64,000 bases of DNA from contig OZ024741.1 of assembly GCA_964016885.1 (NCBI GenBank), positions 399,466,001-399,530,000 of the forward strand. Reading direction: 5' to 3'. Below, piece by piece: positions 1 to 13,800 of the stretch. The stretch comes from Eledone cirrhosa (taxonomy: Eukaryota). Position numbers and translations under genes: made by a program. A model generated the notes under the pieces. The model saw nothing but the letters and a program-made list of their open reading frames with translations. It was not told where the DNA came from and did not search any database. How positions within the stretch are numbered: the stretch's first letter is position 1; each line of letters opens with the position of its first letter.

Positions 1-140
1 CGCATAATAAAATACATGGAACTCCTTTAACCATCTTCTGTTCTTATATATTATGTATACTCCAGTCCTACAAACTGTAGAGTGCTTCTTATCCGATATC
101 TTCATTGCTTTATTGTACTACAATAAAACTCACCTCCTAC

Positions 141-513
<373 letters not shown>

Positions 514-814
514 CACAGACACACATTATACATATAGGTGGGCTTCCGTAATCAGATAGCCCAAGCTAACACTGTCAGGTGTTAGATCAAATTTACGGCG
601 AAAGACCACACGGCCATCTTGTAGATCTATACGGTCTAATTCCCCTCCCCAAACTTGTCTTCAGTGAAATGTGTAATTTGGCTGCTATTTTTATCACGTG
701 GATGATCCTTGTAAGAAGTTCTCCCGTTGCTTGGCGTGTGTTACTGATATTGATTAAAGGCGAGTGTCTGTGTCTCTGTGTGTGCTTGTGCTTCCGCGAA
801 TGTACATATGTTTG

Positions 815-1420
815 TGTAACATGTGTGTGTAACATGTGTGTGTAACATGTGTGTGTAACATGTGTGTGTAACATGTGTGTGTGTGTACATCCGGGAGCGT
901 GTATATGTGTGTGTATGTGAGTGAGAGAGAAAAGGAGAACGAGGTGAGAGTGTATGTGTGTGTACTTCGGCGAATATATGTATGTGTGTCTGACAGAAAG
1001 AATGTGTGTGTGTACGCGCGTCGGCGAAGGTATGTATTTGTGTCTGACAGAGTGAGACGGAGTGTGTGTGTATGTGTATGTATGTGTGTCTATGTATGTG
1101 TATATATGTGTGTCTATGTCTGTATGTGTGTATGTATGTGTCTATGTATGTGTGTATGTATGTGTGTGTCTATGTATGTGTATATATGTGTGTCTATATA
1201 TATGTATATATGTGTGTCTATACATATGTGTATGTATGTGTGTATGTATGTGTGTCTATGTATGTGTGTCTATGTATGTGTGTCTATGTATGTGTGTGTA
1301 TCTATGTATGTGTGTGTGTATGTATTCTAAGTATGTGTGTCTATGAATGTGTGTGTATATATGTGTGTGTATGTATGTGTGTGTATGTATGTGTGTGTAC
1401 ACATCCGGGAGCGTGTGTGG
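815..1420. repeat. TG-rich compound micro/minisatellite
   Basis: Five copies of 13-bp TGTAACATGTGTG (815-880), then TATG/TGTG/TCTA mixtures. CATCCGGGAGCGTGT occurs as a direct repeat at ~888 and ~1403. Confidence 0.9.
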
Positions 1421-1464
1421 GTTATTAAGGTGATGCTGTGATGTCGTTAGCACGTGTATGACAG

Positions 1465-1810
1465 GAAGGGTGGGAGGTGGTGTAGGGGTGGTGTGGATGG
1501 TGACGTGGGGGTGTGAGGGGGAGGGGGTACTTGGTGTGGGTGAGGGTATGGTGGGAGGGAGGTGGAGTGACGGGGGAGGTGGTGTGGTTGAAGGGAGGCG
1601 GTGTGGATGAGGTGGTGTGTGTGGAAGGAGTGGTGTAGAGGGAATATGGAGGGGGGGCTGCAGCAAGAGACGGCGGTGTAGAGTGAAAGAGGGAGAGGGA
1701 GGGAGGGATGTGTAAGAAGCAGCGAGAGGGAGGTAGGTGGGAGGGAGTGGTGTGGTGTAGAGAGAGGGAGGAAGGAGGGAGGGGTGGTGTGGTGTAGAGA
1801 TGGTAGGAGT
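1465..1810. repeat. G-rich low-complexity tract (GGT/GGA/GAG)
   Basis: Almost no C on the + strand, with many GG/GGG runs. Confidence 0.85.
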
Positions 1811-1863
1811 TATAATAGTGATGTATGATGCCAAACTGAAATACCTCACTTTCTTTCTATATC

Positions 1864-4800
1864 TTGTACTGTGTGTGTTTTACTGTGTGTGTGTTGTACT
1901 GTGTGTGTGTTGTACTGTGTGTGTGTTGTACTGTGTGTTACTGTGTGTGTGTTGTACTGTGTGTGTTTTACTGTGTGTGTGTTGTACTGTGTGTGTTGTA
2001 CTGTGTGTGTGTTGTACTGTGTGTGTGTTGTACTGTGTGTTACTGTGTGTGTGTTGTACTGTGTGTGTGTTTTACTGTGTGTGTGTTGTACTGTGTGTGT
2101 TTTACTGTGTGTGTGTTGTACTGTGTGTGTGTTGTACTGTGTGTGTGTTGTACTGTGTGTTACTGTGTGTGTGTTGTACTGTGTGTGTTTTACTGTGTGT
2201 GTGTTGTACTGTGTGTGTTGTACTGTGTGTGTGTTGTACTGTGTGTGTGTTGTACTGTGTGTGTTGTACTGTGTGTGTTGTACTGTGTGTGTTGTACTGT
2301 GTGTGTGTTGTACTGTGTGTGTGTTGTACTGTGTGTGTGTTGTACTGTGTGTGTTGTACTGTGTGTGTGTTGTACTGTGTGTGTTTTACTGTGTGTGTGT
2401 TGTACTGTGTGTGTTGTACTGTGTGTGTGTTGTACTGTGTGTGTTTTACTGTGTGTGTGTTGTACTGTGTGTGTGTTGTATTGTGTGTGTGTTGTACTGT
2501 GTGTCTGTTGTACTGTGTGTGTGTTGTACTGTGTGTGTTGTACTGTGTGTGTTGTACTGTGTGTGTTGTACTGTGTGTGTGTTGTACTGTGTGTGTGTTG
2601 TACTGTGTGTGTGTTGTACTGTGTGTGTTTTACTGTGTGTGTGTTGTACTGTGTGTGTTGTACTGTGTGTGTGTTGTACTGTGTGTGTTTTACTGTGTGT
2701 GTGTTGTACTGTGTGTGTGTTGTACTGTGTGTGTGTTGTACTGTGTGTCTGTTGTACTGTGTGTGTGTTGTACTGTGTGTGTGTTGTACTGTGTGTGTTT
2801 TACTGTGTGTGTGTTGTACTGTGTGTGTTGTACTGTGTGTGTGTTGTACTGTGTGTGTGTTGTACTGTGTGTGTTTTACTGTGTGTGTGTTGTACTGTGT
2901 GTGTGTTGTACTGTGTGTGTTGTACTGTGTGTTGTACTGTGTGTGTGTTGTAATGTGTGTGTGTTGTACTGTATGTGTGTTGTACTGTGTGTGTTGTACT
3001 GTGTGTGTTGTACTGTGTGTGTGTTGTACTGTGTGTGTTTTACTGTGTGTGTGTTGTACTGTGTGTGTTGTACTGTGTGTGTGTTGTACTGTGTGTGTGT
3101 TGTACTGTGTGTGTTGTACTGTATGTGTGTTGTACTGTGTGTGTGTTGTACTGTGTGTGTGTTGTACTGTGTGTGTGTTGTACTGTGTGTGTTTTACTGT
3201 GTGTGTGTTGTACTGTGTGTGTGTTGTACTGTGTGTGTGTTGTACTGTGTGTGTTTTACTGTGTGTGTGTTGTACTGTGTGTGTTGTACTGTGTGTGTGT
3301 TGTACTGTGTGTGTTTTACTGTGTGTGTGTTGTACTGTGTGTGTTGTACTGTGTGTGTGTTGTACTGTGTGTGTTTTACTGTGTGTGTGTTGTACTGTGT
3401 GTGTTTTACTGTGTGTGTGTTGTACTGTGTGTGTTGTACTGTGTGTGTGTTGTACTGTGTGTGTTTTACTGTGTGTGTGTTGTACTGTGTGTGTTGTACT
3501 GTGTGTGTGTTGTACTGTGTGTGTTGTACTGTGTGTGTTTTACTGTGTGTGTGTTGTACTGTGTGTGTTGTACTGTGTGTGTTGTACTGTGTGTGTATTG
3601 TACTGTGTGTGTTTTACTGTGTGTGTGTTGTACTGTGTGTGTTGTACTGTGTGTGTTGTACTGTGTGTGTGTTGTACTGTGTGTGTTTTACTGTGTGTGT
3701 GTTGTACTGTGTGTGTTGTACTGTGTGTGTGTTGTACTGTGTGTGTTTTACTGTGTGTGTGTTGTACTGTGTGTGTTGTACTGTGTGTGTGTTGTACTGT
3801 GTGTGTTTTACTGTGTGTGTGTTGTACTGTGTGTGTTTTGCTGTGTGTGTGTTGTACTGTGTGTGTTGTACTGTGTGTGTGTTGTACTGTGTGTGTTTTA
3901 CTGTGTGTGTGTTGTACTGTGTGTGTTGTACTGTGTGTGTGTTGTACTGTGTGTGTTTTACTGTGTGTGTGTTGTACTGTGTGTGTTGTACTGTGTGTGT
4001 GTTGTACTGTGTGTGTTGTACTGTGTGTGTGTCGTACTGTGTGTGTTTTACTGTGTGTGTGTTGTACTGTGTGTGTTGTACTGTGTGTGTTGTACTGTGT
4101 GTGTGTTGTACTGTGTGTGTTTTACTGTGTGTGTGTTGTACTGTGTGTGTTGTACTGTGTGTGTGTTGTACAGTGTGTGTTTTACTGTGTGTGTGTTGTA
4201 CTGTGTGTGTTGTACTGTGTGTGTGTTGTACTGTGTGTGTTTTACTGTGTGTGTGTTGTACTGTGTGTGTTTTACTGTGTGTGTGTTGTACTGTGTGTGT
4301 TGTACTGTGTGTGTGTTATACTGTGTGTGTTTTACTAAGTGTGTTGTACTGTGTGTGTTGTACTGTGTGTGTGTTGTACTGTGTGTGTTTTACTGTGTGT
4401 GTGTTGTACTGTGTGTGTTGTACTGTGTGTGTGTTGTACTGTGTGTGTTTTACTGTGTGTGTGTTGTACTGTGTGTGTTTTACTGTGTGTGTGTTGTACT
4501 GTGTGTTGTACTGTGTGTGTGTTGTACTGTGTGTGTTTTACTGTGTGTGTGTTGTACTGTGTGTGTTGTACTGTGTGTGTGTTGTACTGTGTGTGTTTTA
4601 CTGTGTGTGTGTTGTACTGTGTGTGTTGTACTGTGTGTGTTGTACTGTGTGTGTGTTGTACTGTGTGTGTTTTACTGTGTGTGTGTTGTACTGTGTGTGT
4701 TTTACTGTGTGTGTGTTGTACTGTGTGTGTTGTAATGTGTGTGTGTTGTACTGTGTGTGTTGTACTGTGTGTGTTGTACTGTGTGTGTGTTGTACTGTGT

Positions 4801-7800
4801 GTGTGTTGTACTGTGTGTGTTGTACTGTGTGTTGTACTGTGTGTGTGTTGTAATGTGTGTGTGTTGTACTGTGTGTGTGTTGTACTGTGTGTGTGTTGTA
4901 CTGTGTGTGTGTTGTACTGTGTGTGTTGTAATGTGTGTGTGTTGTACTGTGTGTGTTGTACTGTGTGTGTGTTGTACTGTGTGGGTTGTACTGTGTGTGT
5001 TGTACTGTGTGTGTTGTATGGTGTGTGTGTTGTACTGTGTGTGTTGTACTCTGTGTGTTGTACTATGTGTGTTGTACTGTGTGTGTTGTACTGTGTGTGT
5101 GTTGTACTGTGTGTGTGTTGTACTGTGTGTGTTTTACTGTGTGTGTGTTGTACTGTGTGTGTTGTACTGTGTGTGTGTTGTACTGTGTGTGTGTTGTACT
5201 GTGTGTGTTTTACTGTGTGCGTGTTGTAATGTGTGTGTGTTGTACTGTGTGCGTGTTGTACTGTGTGTGTTGTACTGTGTGTGTGTGTTGTACTGTGTGT
5301 GTTTTACTGTGTGTGTTGTACTGTGTGTGTTGTACTGTGTGTGTTGTACTGTGTGTGTGTTGTACTGTGTGTGTTGTACCGTGTGTGTTGTACTGTGTGT
5401 GTTTTACTGTGTGTCTGTTGTACTGTGTGTGTTGTACTGTGTGTGTTGTACTGTGTGTGTGTTGTACTGTGTGTGTTGTACTGTGTGTGTGTTGTACTCT
5501 GTGTGTTGTAATGTGTGTGTGTTGTACTGTGTGTGTGATGTACTGTGTGTGTGTTGTACTGTGTGTGTTGTACTGTGTGTGTTGTACTGTGTGTGTTGTA
5601 CTGTGTGTGTGTTGTACTGTGTGTGTTGTAATGTGTGTGTTGTACTGTGGGTGTGTTGTACTGTGTGTGTTGTATGGTGTGTGTGTTGTACTGTGTGTGT
5701 TGTAAATATTTTGTGTGTTGTATTGTGTGTGTTGTACTGTGTGTGTGTTGTACTGTGTGTGTGTTGTACTGCGTGTGTTGTAATGTGTGTGTTGTACTGT
5801 GGGTGTGTTGTACTGAGTGTGTTGTATGGTGTGTGTGCTGTACTGTGTGTGTTGTACTGTGTGTGGTGTACTATGTGTGTTGTACTGTGTGTGTTGTACT
5901 GTGTGTGTGTTGTACTGTGTGTGTATTGTACTGTGTGTGTTTTACTGTGTGTGTGTTGTATTGTGTGTTGTACTGTGTGTGTGTTGTACTGTGTGTGTGT
6001 TGTACTGTGTGTGTTTTACTGTGTGTGTGTTGTACTGTGTGTGTTGTACTGTGTGTGTTGTACTGTGTGTATGCTGTACTGTGTGTGTTGTAATGTGTGT
6101 GTGTTGTACTGTGTGTGTTGTACAGTGTGTGTTGTAATGTGTGTGTGTTGTACTGTGTGTGTGTTGTACTGTGTATATGTTGTACTGTGTGTGTGTTGTA
6201 CTGTGTGTGTTGTAATGTGTGTGTGTTGTACTGTGTGTGTTGTACTGTGTGTGTGTTGTGCTGTGTGTGTTGTACTGTATGTGTGTTGTACTGTGTGTGT
6301 GTTGTACTGTGTGTGTTGTACTGTGTGTGTGTTTTGTACTGTATGTGTGTTGTACTGTGTGTGTTGTACTGTGTGTGTGTTGTACAGTGTGTGTTGTAAT
6401 GTGTGTGTGTTGTACTGTGTGTGTGTTGTACTGTGTGTGTTGTAATGTGTGTGTGTTGTACTGTGTGTGTGTGTTGTACTGTGTGTGTTGTACTGTGTGT
6501 GTTGTACTGTGTGTGTTGTACTGTGTGTGTTGTACTGTGTGTGTTGTACTGTGTGTGTTGTAATATGTGTCTTGTACTGTGTTTGCTGTACTGTGTGTGT
6601 TGTACTGTGTGTGTTGTACTGTGTGTGTATTGTACTGTGTGTGTTGTAATGTGTGTGTGTTGTACTGTGTGTGTGTTGTGCTGTGTGTGTTGTGCTGTGT
6701 GTGTGTTGTAGTGTGTGTTGTACTGTGTGTGTTGTAATGTGTGTGTTGTAAAGTGTGTGTTGTACTGTGTGTTGTACTGTGTGTTGTACTGTGTGTGTTG
6801 TATTGTGTGTGTGTTGTACTGTGTGTGTTGTACTGTGTGTGTTGTACTATGTGTGTGTTTTACTGTGTGTGTTGTACTGTATGTTTGTTGTACTGTGTGT
6901 GTTATACTGTGTGTGTTGTAATGTGTGTGTGTTGTACTGTGTGTGTTGTACTGTGTGTGTTGTAATGTGTGTGTTGTACTGTGTGTGTTGTACTGTGTGT
7001 GTGTTGTAATGAGTGTGCGTTGTACTGTGTGTGTTGTAATGTGTGTGTGTTGTACTGTGTGTGTGTTGTACTGTGTGTGTTGTACTGTGTGTATTGTAAT
7101 GTGTGTGTTGTACTGTGTTGTACTCTGTATGTTGTACTGTGTGTGTGTTGTACTGTGTGTGTTGTACTGTGTCTGTGTTGTACTGTGTGTGTTGTACTGT
7201 GTGTGTGTTGTACTGTATGTGTTGTACTGTGTGTATGTTGTACTGTGTGTGCTGTACTGTGTGTGTGTTGTACTGTGTGTGTTGTACTGTGTGTGTTGTA
7301 CAGTGTGTGTTGTACTATGTGTGTTGTACTGCGTGTGTATTGTACGGTGTGTTGTACTGTGTGTGTGTTGTACGGTGTGTGTTGTACTGTGTGTGTTGTA
7401 CTATGTGTGTTGTACAGTGTGTGTTGTACTATGTGTGTTGTACTGCGTGTGTATTGTACGGTGTGTTGTACTGTGTGTGTGTTGTACTGTGTGTGTTGTA
7501 CTGTGTGTGTGTTTTGTACTGTATGTGTGTTGTACTGTGTGTGTTGTACTGTGTGCGTGTTGTACAGTGTGTGTTGTAATGTGTGTGTGTTGTACTGTGT
7601 GTGTGTTGTACTGTGTGTGTTGTAATGTGTGTGTGTTGTACTGTGTGTGTGTGTTGTACTGTGTGTGTTGTACTGTGTGTGTTGTACTGTGTGTGTTGTA
7701 CTGTGTGTGTTGTAATATGTGTCTTGTACTGTGTTTGCTGTACTGTGTGTGTTGTACTGTGTGTGTTGTACTGTGTGTGTATTGTACTGTGTGTGTTGTA

Positions 7801-10800
7801 ATGTGTGTGTGTTGTACTGTGTGTGTGTTGTACTGTGTGTGTTGTGCTGTGTGTGAGTTGTAGTGTGTGTTGTACTGTGTGTGTTGTAATGTGTGTGTTG
7901 TAAAGTGTGTGTTGTACTGTGTGTTGTACTGTGTGTTGTACTGTGTGTGTTGTATTGTGTGTGTGTTGTACTGTGTGTGTTGTACTGTGTGTGTTGTACT
8001 GTGTGTGTTGTACTGTGTGTGTGTTTTACTGTGTGTGTTGTACTGTATGTTTGTTGTACTGTGTGTGTTGTACTGTGTGTGTGTTATACTGTGTGTGTTG
8101 TAATGTGTGTGTGTTGTACTGTGTGTGTTGTACTGTGTGTGTTGTAATGTGTGTGTTGTACTGTGTGTGTTGTACTGTGTGTGTGTTGTAATGAGTGTGC
8201 GTTGTACTGTGTGTGTTGTAATGTGTGTGTGTTGTACTGTGTGTGTTGTACTGTGTGGGTTGTAATGTGTGTGTGCTGTACTGTGTGTGTGTTGTACTGT
8301 GTGTGTTGTACTGTGTGTATTGTAATGTGTGTGTTGTACTGTGTTGTACTCTGTATGTTGTACTGTGTGTGTGTTGTACTGTGTGTGTTGTACTGTGTCT
8401 GTGTTGTACTGTGTGTGTTGTACTGCATGTGTGTGTTGTACTGTGTGTGTGTTGTACTGTATGTGTTGTACTGTGTGTATGTTGTACTGTGTGTGCTGTA
8501 CTGTGTGTGTGTTGTACTGTGTGTGTTGTACTGTGTGTGTTGTACAGTGTGTGTTGTACTATGTGTGTTGTACTGCGTGTGTATTGTACGGTGTGTTGTA
8601 CTGTGTGTGTGTTCTACGGTGTGTGTTGTACTGTGTGTGGGTGTTGTACTCTGTGTGTGTTGTACTCTGTGTGTGTTGTACTGTTTGTTTTGTACTGCAT
8701 GTGTGTTTTACTGTGTGTTGGTTGTACTGTGTATGTTGTACTTTGAATGTGTTGTACTGTGTGTGTTGTACTGTGTGTGTGTTGTACTGTATGTGTGTTG
8801 TACTGTGTGTATTGTACTGTGTGTGTTGTACTGTGTTTGTTATACTGTGTGTGTTGTACAGTGCGTGTGTTGTACTGTGTGTGTTATACTGTGTGTTTTG
8901 TACTCTGTGTGTTGTACTGTGTGTCGTACTATGTCTGTTGCACTGTGTATGTGTTGTACTGTGTGTGTTTTACTGTCTGTGTGTTGTACTGTGAGAATGT
9001 TGTACTGTGCGTGTGTTGTACTGTGTGTGTTGTACTGTGTGTGTGTACTGTGTGTGTTTTTTACTGTGTGTGTTGTACTGTGTGTATGTTGTATTGTGTG
9101 TGTTGTACTGTGTGTGTTGTAATGTGTGTGTGTTGTACTGTGTGTGTGTTGTACTGTGTGTGTTGTATGTGTGTGTTGTACTGTGTGTTTTGTACTGTGT
9201 GTGTTGTACTGGATGTGTTGTACTATGTGTGTTGTAATGTGTATGTTGTACTGTGTGTGTGTTGTACTGGGTGTGTTGTACTCTGTGTGTTGTACCGTGT
9301 GTGTTATACAGATTGTGTGTTGTACTGGGTGTGTTGTACTGTCGGTGTTGTACTGTGTGAGTGTTGTACCGTGTGTGTTGTACTGTTGGTGTTGTACTGT
9401 GTGTTGTACTGTGTGTATGTTGTACTGTGTGTGTGTTGTACTCTGTGCGTTGTACTGTGTTTTGTACAGTGTGTGTGTTGTACTGGATGTATTGTACTTT
9501 GTGTGTTGTAATGTGTGTGTTGTACAGTGTGTGTGTTGTACTGGATGTGGTGTACTATGTGTGTTGTAAAGTGTATGTTGTACTGTGTGTGTGTTGTACA
9601 ATGTGTTAGTTGTACATTGTGTGTTGTACTGTGTGTGTTTACTGTGTGTGTGTTGTACTGTGTGTGTTGTACTGTGTGTGTTGTACTGTGGGTGTTGTAC
9701 TGTGTGTTTTGTACTGTGTGTGTTGTACTGTGTGTGTTATACTGTGTGTGTGTTGTACTGTGTGTTTGTTGTACTGTATGTGTTGTACTGTATGTGTGTT
9801 GTACTGTGTGTGTGTTGTACTGTGTGTGTTGTAATGTGTGTGTTGTACTGTGTGTGTTGTAATGCGTGTGTGTTGTACTGTGTGTGTTGTACTGTTTGGT
9901 GTTGCACTGTGTGTGTTGTAGTCTCTGTTTGTTGCACTGTGTGCGTTGGACTGTGTGTGTTGTACTGTGTGTGTTGTATTGTGTGTGTTTTACAGTGTAT
10001 GTGTACTGTGTGTGTTGTACTGTGTGTGTGTTGTATTGTGTGTGTTGTACTGTGTCTGTAGTACTGTGTGTGTTGTACTGTGTGTGTGTTGTACTGTGTG
10101 TGTTGTACTGTGTGTGTTGTAATGTGTATGTTGTACTGTGTGTTGTACAGTGTGTTAGTTGTACTGTGTGTTGTACTGTGTATGTTGTACTGTGTGTGTT
10201 GTACTGTGTGTGTTGTACTGTTTGTGTTGTACTGTGTGTTTTGTACTGTGTGTGTGTTGTACTGGCTGTGTTTCATACTGTGTGTGTTGTACAGTGCGTG
10301 TTATACAGTGTGTGTGTTGTACTGGGTGTGTTGTATTGTGTGTGTTGTACTGTATGTGTGTTGTACTGTGTGTGTGTTGTACTGTGTGTGTTGTACTGTG
10401 TGTGTGTTTTGTACTGTATGTGTGTTGTACTGTGTGTGTTGTACTGTGTGTGTGTTGTACAGTGTGTGTTGTAATGTGTGTGTGTTGTACTGTGTGTGTG
10501 TTGTACTGTGTGTGTTGTAATATGTGTGTGTTGTACTGTGTGTGTGTGTTGTACTGTGTGTGTTGTACTGTGTGTGTTGTACTGTGTGTGTTGTACTGTG
10601 TGTGTTGTAATATGTGTCTTGTACTGTGTTTGCTGTACTGTGTGTGTTGTACTGTGTGTGTTGTACTGTGTGTGTATTGTACTGTGTGTGTTGTAATGTG
10701 TGTGTGTTGTACTGTGTGTGTGTTGTACTGTGTGTGTTGTGCTGTGTGTGTGTTGTAGTGTGTGTTGTACTGTGTGTGTTGTAATGTGTGTGTTGTAAAG

Positions 10801-13800
10801 TGTGTGTTGTACTGTGTGTTGTACTGTGTGTTGTACTCTGTGTGTTGTATTGTGTGTGTGTTGTACTGTGTGTGTTGTACTGTGTGTGTTGTACTGTGTG
10901 TGTGTTTTACTGTGTGTGTTGTACTGTATGTTTGTTGTACTGTGTGTGTTGTACTGTGTGTGTGTTATACTGTGTGTGTTGTAATGTGTGTGTGTTGTAC
11001 TGTGTGTGTTGTACTGTGTGTGTTGTAATGTGTGTGTTGTACTGTGTGTGTTGTACTGTGTGTGTGTTGTAATGAGTGTGCGTTGTACTGTGTGTGTTGT
11101 AATGTGTGTGTGTTGTACTGTGTGTGTGTTGTACTGTGTGTGTTGTACTGTGTGGGTTGTAATGTGTGTGTGCTGTACTGTGTGTGTGTTGTACTGTGTG
11201 TGTTGTACTGTGTGTATTGTAATGTGTGTGTTGTACTGTGTTGTACTCTGTATGTTGTACTGTGTGTGTGTTGTACTGTGTGTGTTGTACTGTGTCTGTG
11301 TTGTACTGTGTGTGTTGTACTGCATGTGTGTGTTGTACTGTGTGTGTGTTGTACTGTATGTGTTGTACTGTGTGTATGTTGTACTGTGTGTGCTGTACTG
11401 TGTGTGTGTTGTACTGTGTGTGTTGTACTGTGTGTGTTGTACAGTGTGTGTTGTACTATGTGTGTTGTACTGCGTGTGTATTGTACGGTGTGTTGTACTG
11501 TGTGTGTGTTGTACGGTGTGTGTTGTACTGTGTGTGGGTGTTGTACTCTGTGTGTGTTGTACTCTGTGTGTGTTGTACTGTTTGTTTTGTACTGCATGTG
11601 TGTTTTACTGTGTGTTGGTTGTACTGTGTATGTTGTACTTTGAATGTGTTGTACTGTGTGTGTTGTACTGTGTGTGTGTTGTACTGTATGTGTGTTGTAC
11701 TGTGTGTGTTGTAATGTGTGTGTGTTGTACTGTGTGTGTGTTGTACTGTGTGTGTTGTACTGTGTGTGTTGTACTGTGTGTGTTGTACTGTGTGTGTTGT
11801 ACTGTGTGTGTTGTACTGTGTGTGTTGTAATGTGTGTGCTGTACTGTGTGTGTTGTACTGTGTGTGTTGTACTGTGTGTGTATTGTACTGTGTATGTTGT
11901 AATGTGTGTGTGTTGTACTGTGTGTGTGTTGTACTGTGTGTGTTGTGCTGTGTGTGTGTTGTACTGTGTGTTGTACTGTGTGTGTTGTAATGTGTGTGTT
12001 GTAATGTGTGTGTTGTACTGTGTGTTGTACTGTGTGTTGTACTGTGTGTGTTGTATTGTGTGTGCGTTTTACTGTGTGTGTTGTACTGTGTGTGTTGTAC
12101 TGTGGGTGTGTTTTACTGTGTGTGTTGTACTGTATGTTTGTTGTACTGTGTGTGTTGTACTGTGTGTGTGTTATACTGTGTGTGTTGTAATGTGTGTGTG
12201 TTGTACTGTGTGTGTTGTACTGTGTGTGTTGTAATGTGTTTGTTGTATTGTGTGTGTTGTATTGTGTGTGTGTTGTAATGAGTGTGCGTTGTACTGTGTG
12301 TGTTGTAATGTGTGTGTGTTGTACTGTGTGTGTGTTGTACTGTGTGTGTTGTACTGTGTGTGTTGTAATGTGTGTGTGTTTTACTGTGTGTGTGTTGTAC
12401 TGTGTGTGTTGTACTGAGTGTGTTGTAATGTGTGTGTTGTACTGTGCATGTGTTGTACTGTGTGTGTTGTACTGTATGTGTGTGTTGTACTGTGTGTGTG
12501 TTGTACTGTATGTGTTGTACTGTGTGTATGTTGTACTGTGTGTGCTGTACTGTGTGTGTGTTGTACTGTGTGTGTTGTACAGTGTGTGTTGTACTATGTG
12601 TGTTGTACTGTGTGTGTATCGTACTGTGTGTTGTACTGTGTGTGTGTTGTACAGTGTGTGTTGTACTGTGTGTGTGTGTTGTACTCTGTGTGTGTTGTAC
12701 TGTTTGTTTTGTACTACATGTGTGTTTTACTGTGTGTTGGTTGTAATGTGTATGTTGTACTGTGAATGTGTTGTACTGTGTGTGTTGTTCTGTGTGTTTG
12801 TTGTACTGTGTGTGTGCTGTACTGTGTGTGTTGTATTGTTGTGTGTTGTACTGTTTGTGTTCCACTGTGTGTTTGTTGTACAGTGTGTGTGTTGTACTGT
12901 GTGTGTTCTACTGTGTGTGTTGTAAAGTGTGTGTTGTACTGTCTGTGTGTTGTACTGAGTGTGTTGTACTGTGTGTGTTGTACTCTGTGTGTTGTATTGT
13001 GTGCATTGTACTGTGTGTGTTGTACTTTGTGTGTGTTGTACTGTGTGTGTTGTACTGTGTCTGTTGTACTGGGTGTGTGTTGTACTGTATGCGTTGTACT
13101 GTGTGTGTGGTACTCTGTATGTTGTACTGTGTGTGTGTTGTACTGTGTGTGTTGTAATGTGTGTGTTGTAATGTGTGTGTTGTACTATGTGATTTACTGT
13201 GTGTGTTGTACTGTGTGTTTTACTGTGTGTGTTGTACTGTGTATGTGTTGTACTGTGTGTGTTGTATTGTGTGTGTTGTACTGTGTGTGTGTTGTAATGT
13301 GTGTGTTGTATTGTGTGTGATGTACTGTGTGTATGTTGTACTGTGTGTTTGTTGCACTGCGTATGGTGTACTGTGTGTTGTACTGTGTATGCTGTACTGT
13401 GTGTATTGTACTGTGTGTGTTGTACTGTGTTTGTTATACTGTGTGTGTTGTACAGTGCGTGTGTTGTACTGTGTGTGTTATACTGTGTGTTTTGTACTCT
13501 GTGTGTTGTACTGTGTGTCGTACTATGTCTGTTGCACTGTGTATGTGTTGTACTGTGTGTGTTTTACTGTCTGTGTGTTGTACTGTGAGAATGTTGTACT
13601 GTGCGTGTGTTGTACTGTGTGTGTTGTACTGTGTGTGTGTACTGTGTGTGTTTTTTACTGTGTGTGTTGTACTGTGTGTATGTTGTATTGTGTGTGTTGT
13701 ACTGTGTGTGTTGTAATGTGTGTGTGTTGTACTGTGTGTGTGTTGTACTGTGTGTGTTGTATGTGTGTGTTGTACTGTGTGTTTTGTACTGTGTGTGTTG

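Noticed and set aside
1835-2400. Minus-strand splice-donor-like GAG|GTATTT at the satellite edge, suggesting a giant repetitive exon
   Set aside because: All three minus frames hit TAA near this end (plus-strand TTA at 1880, 1938 and 2386).
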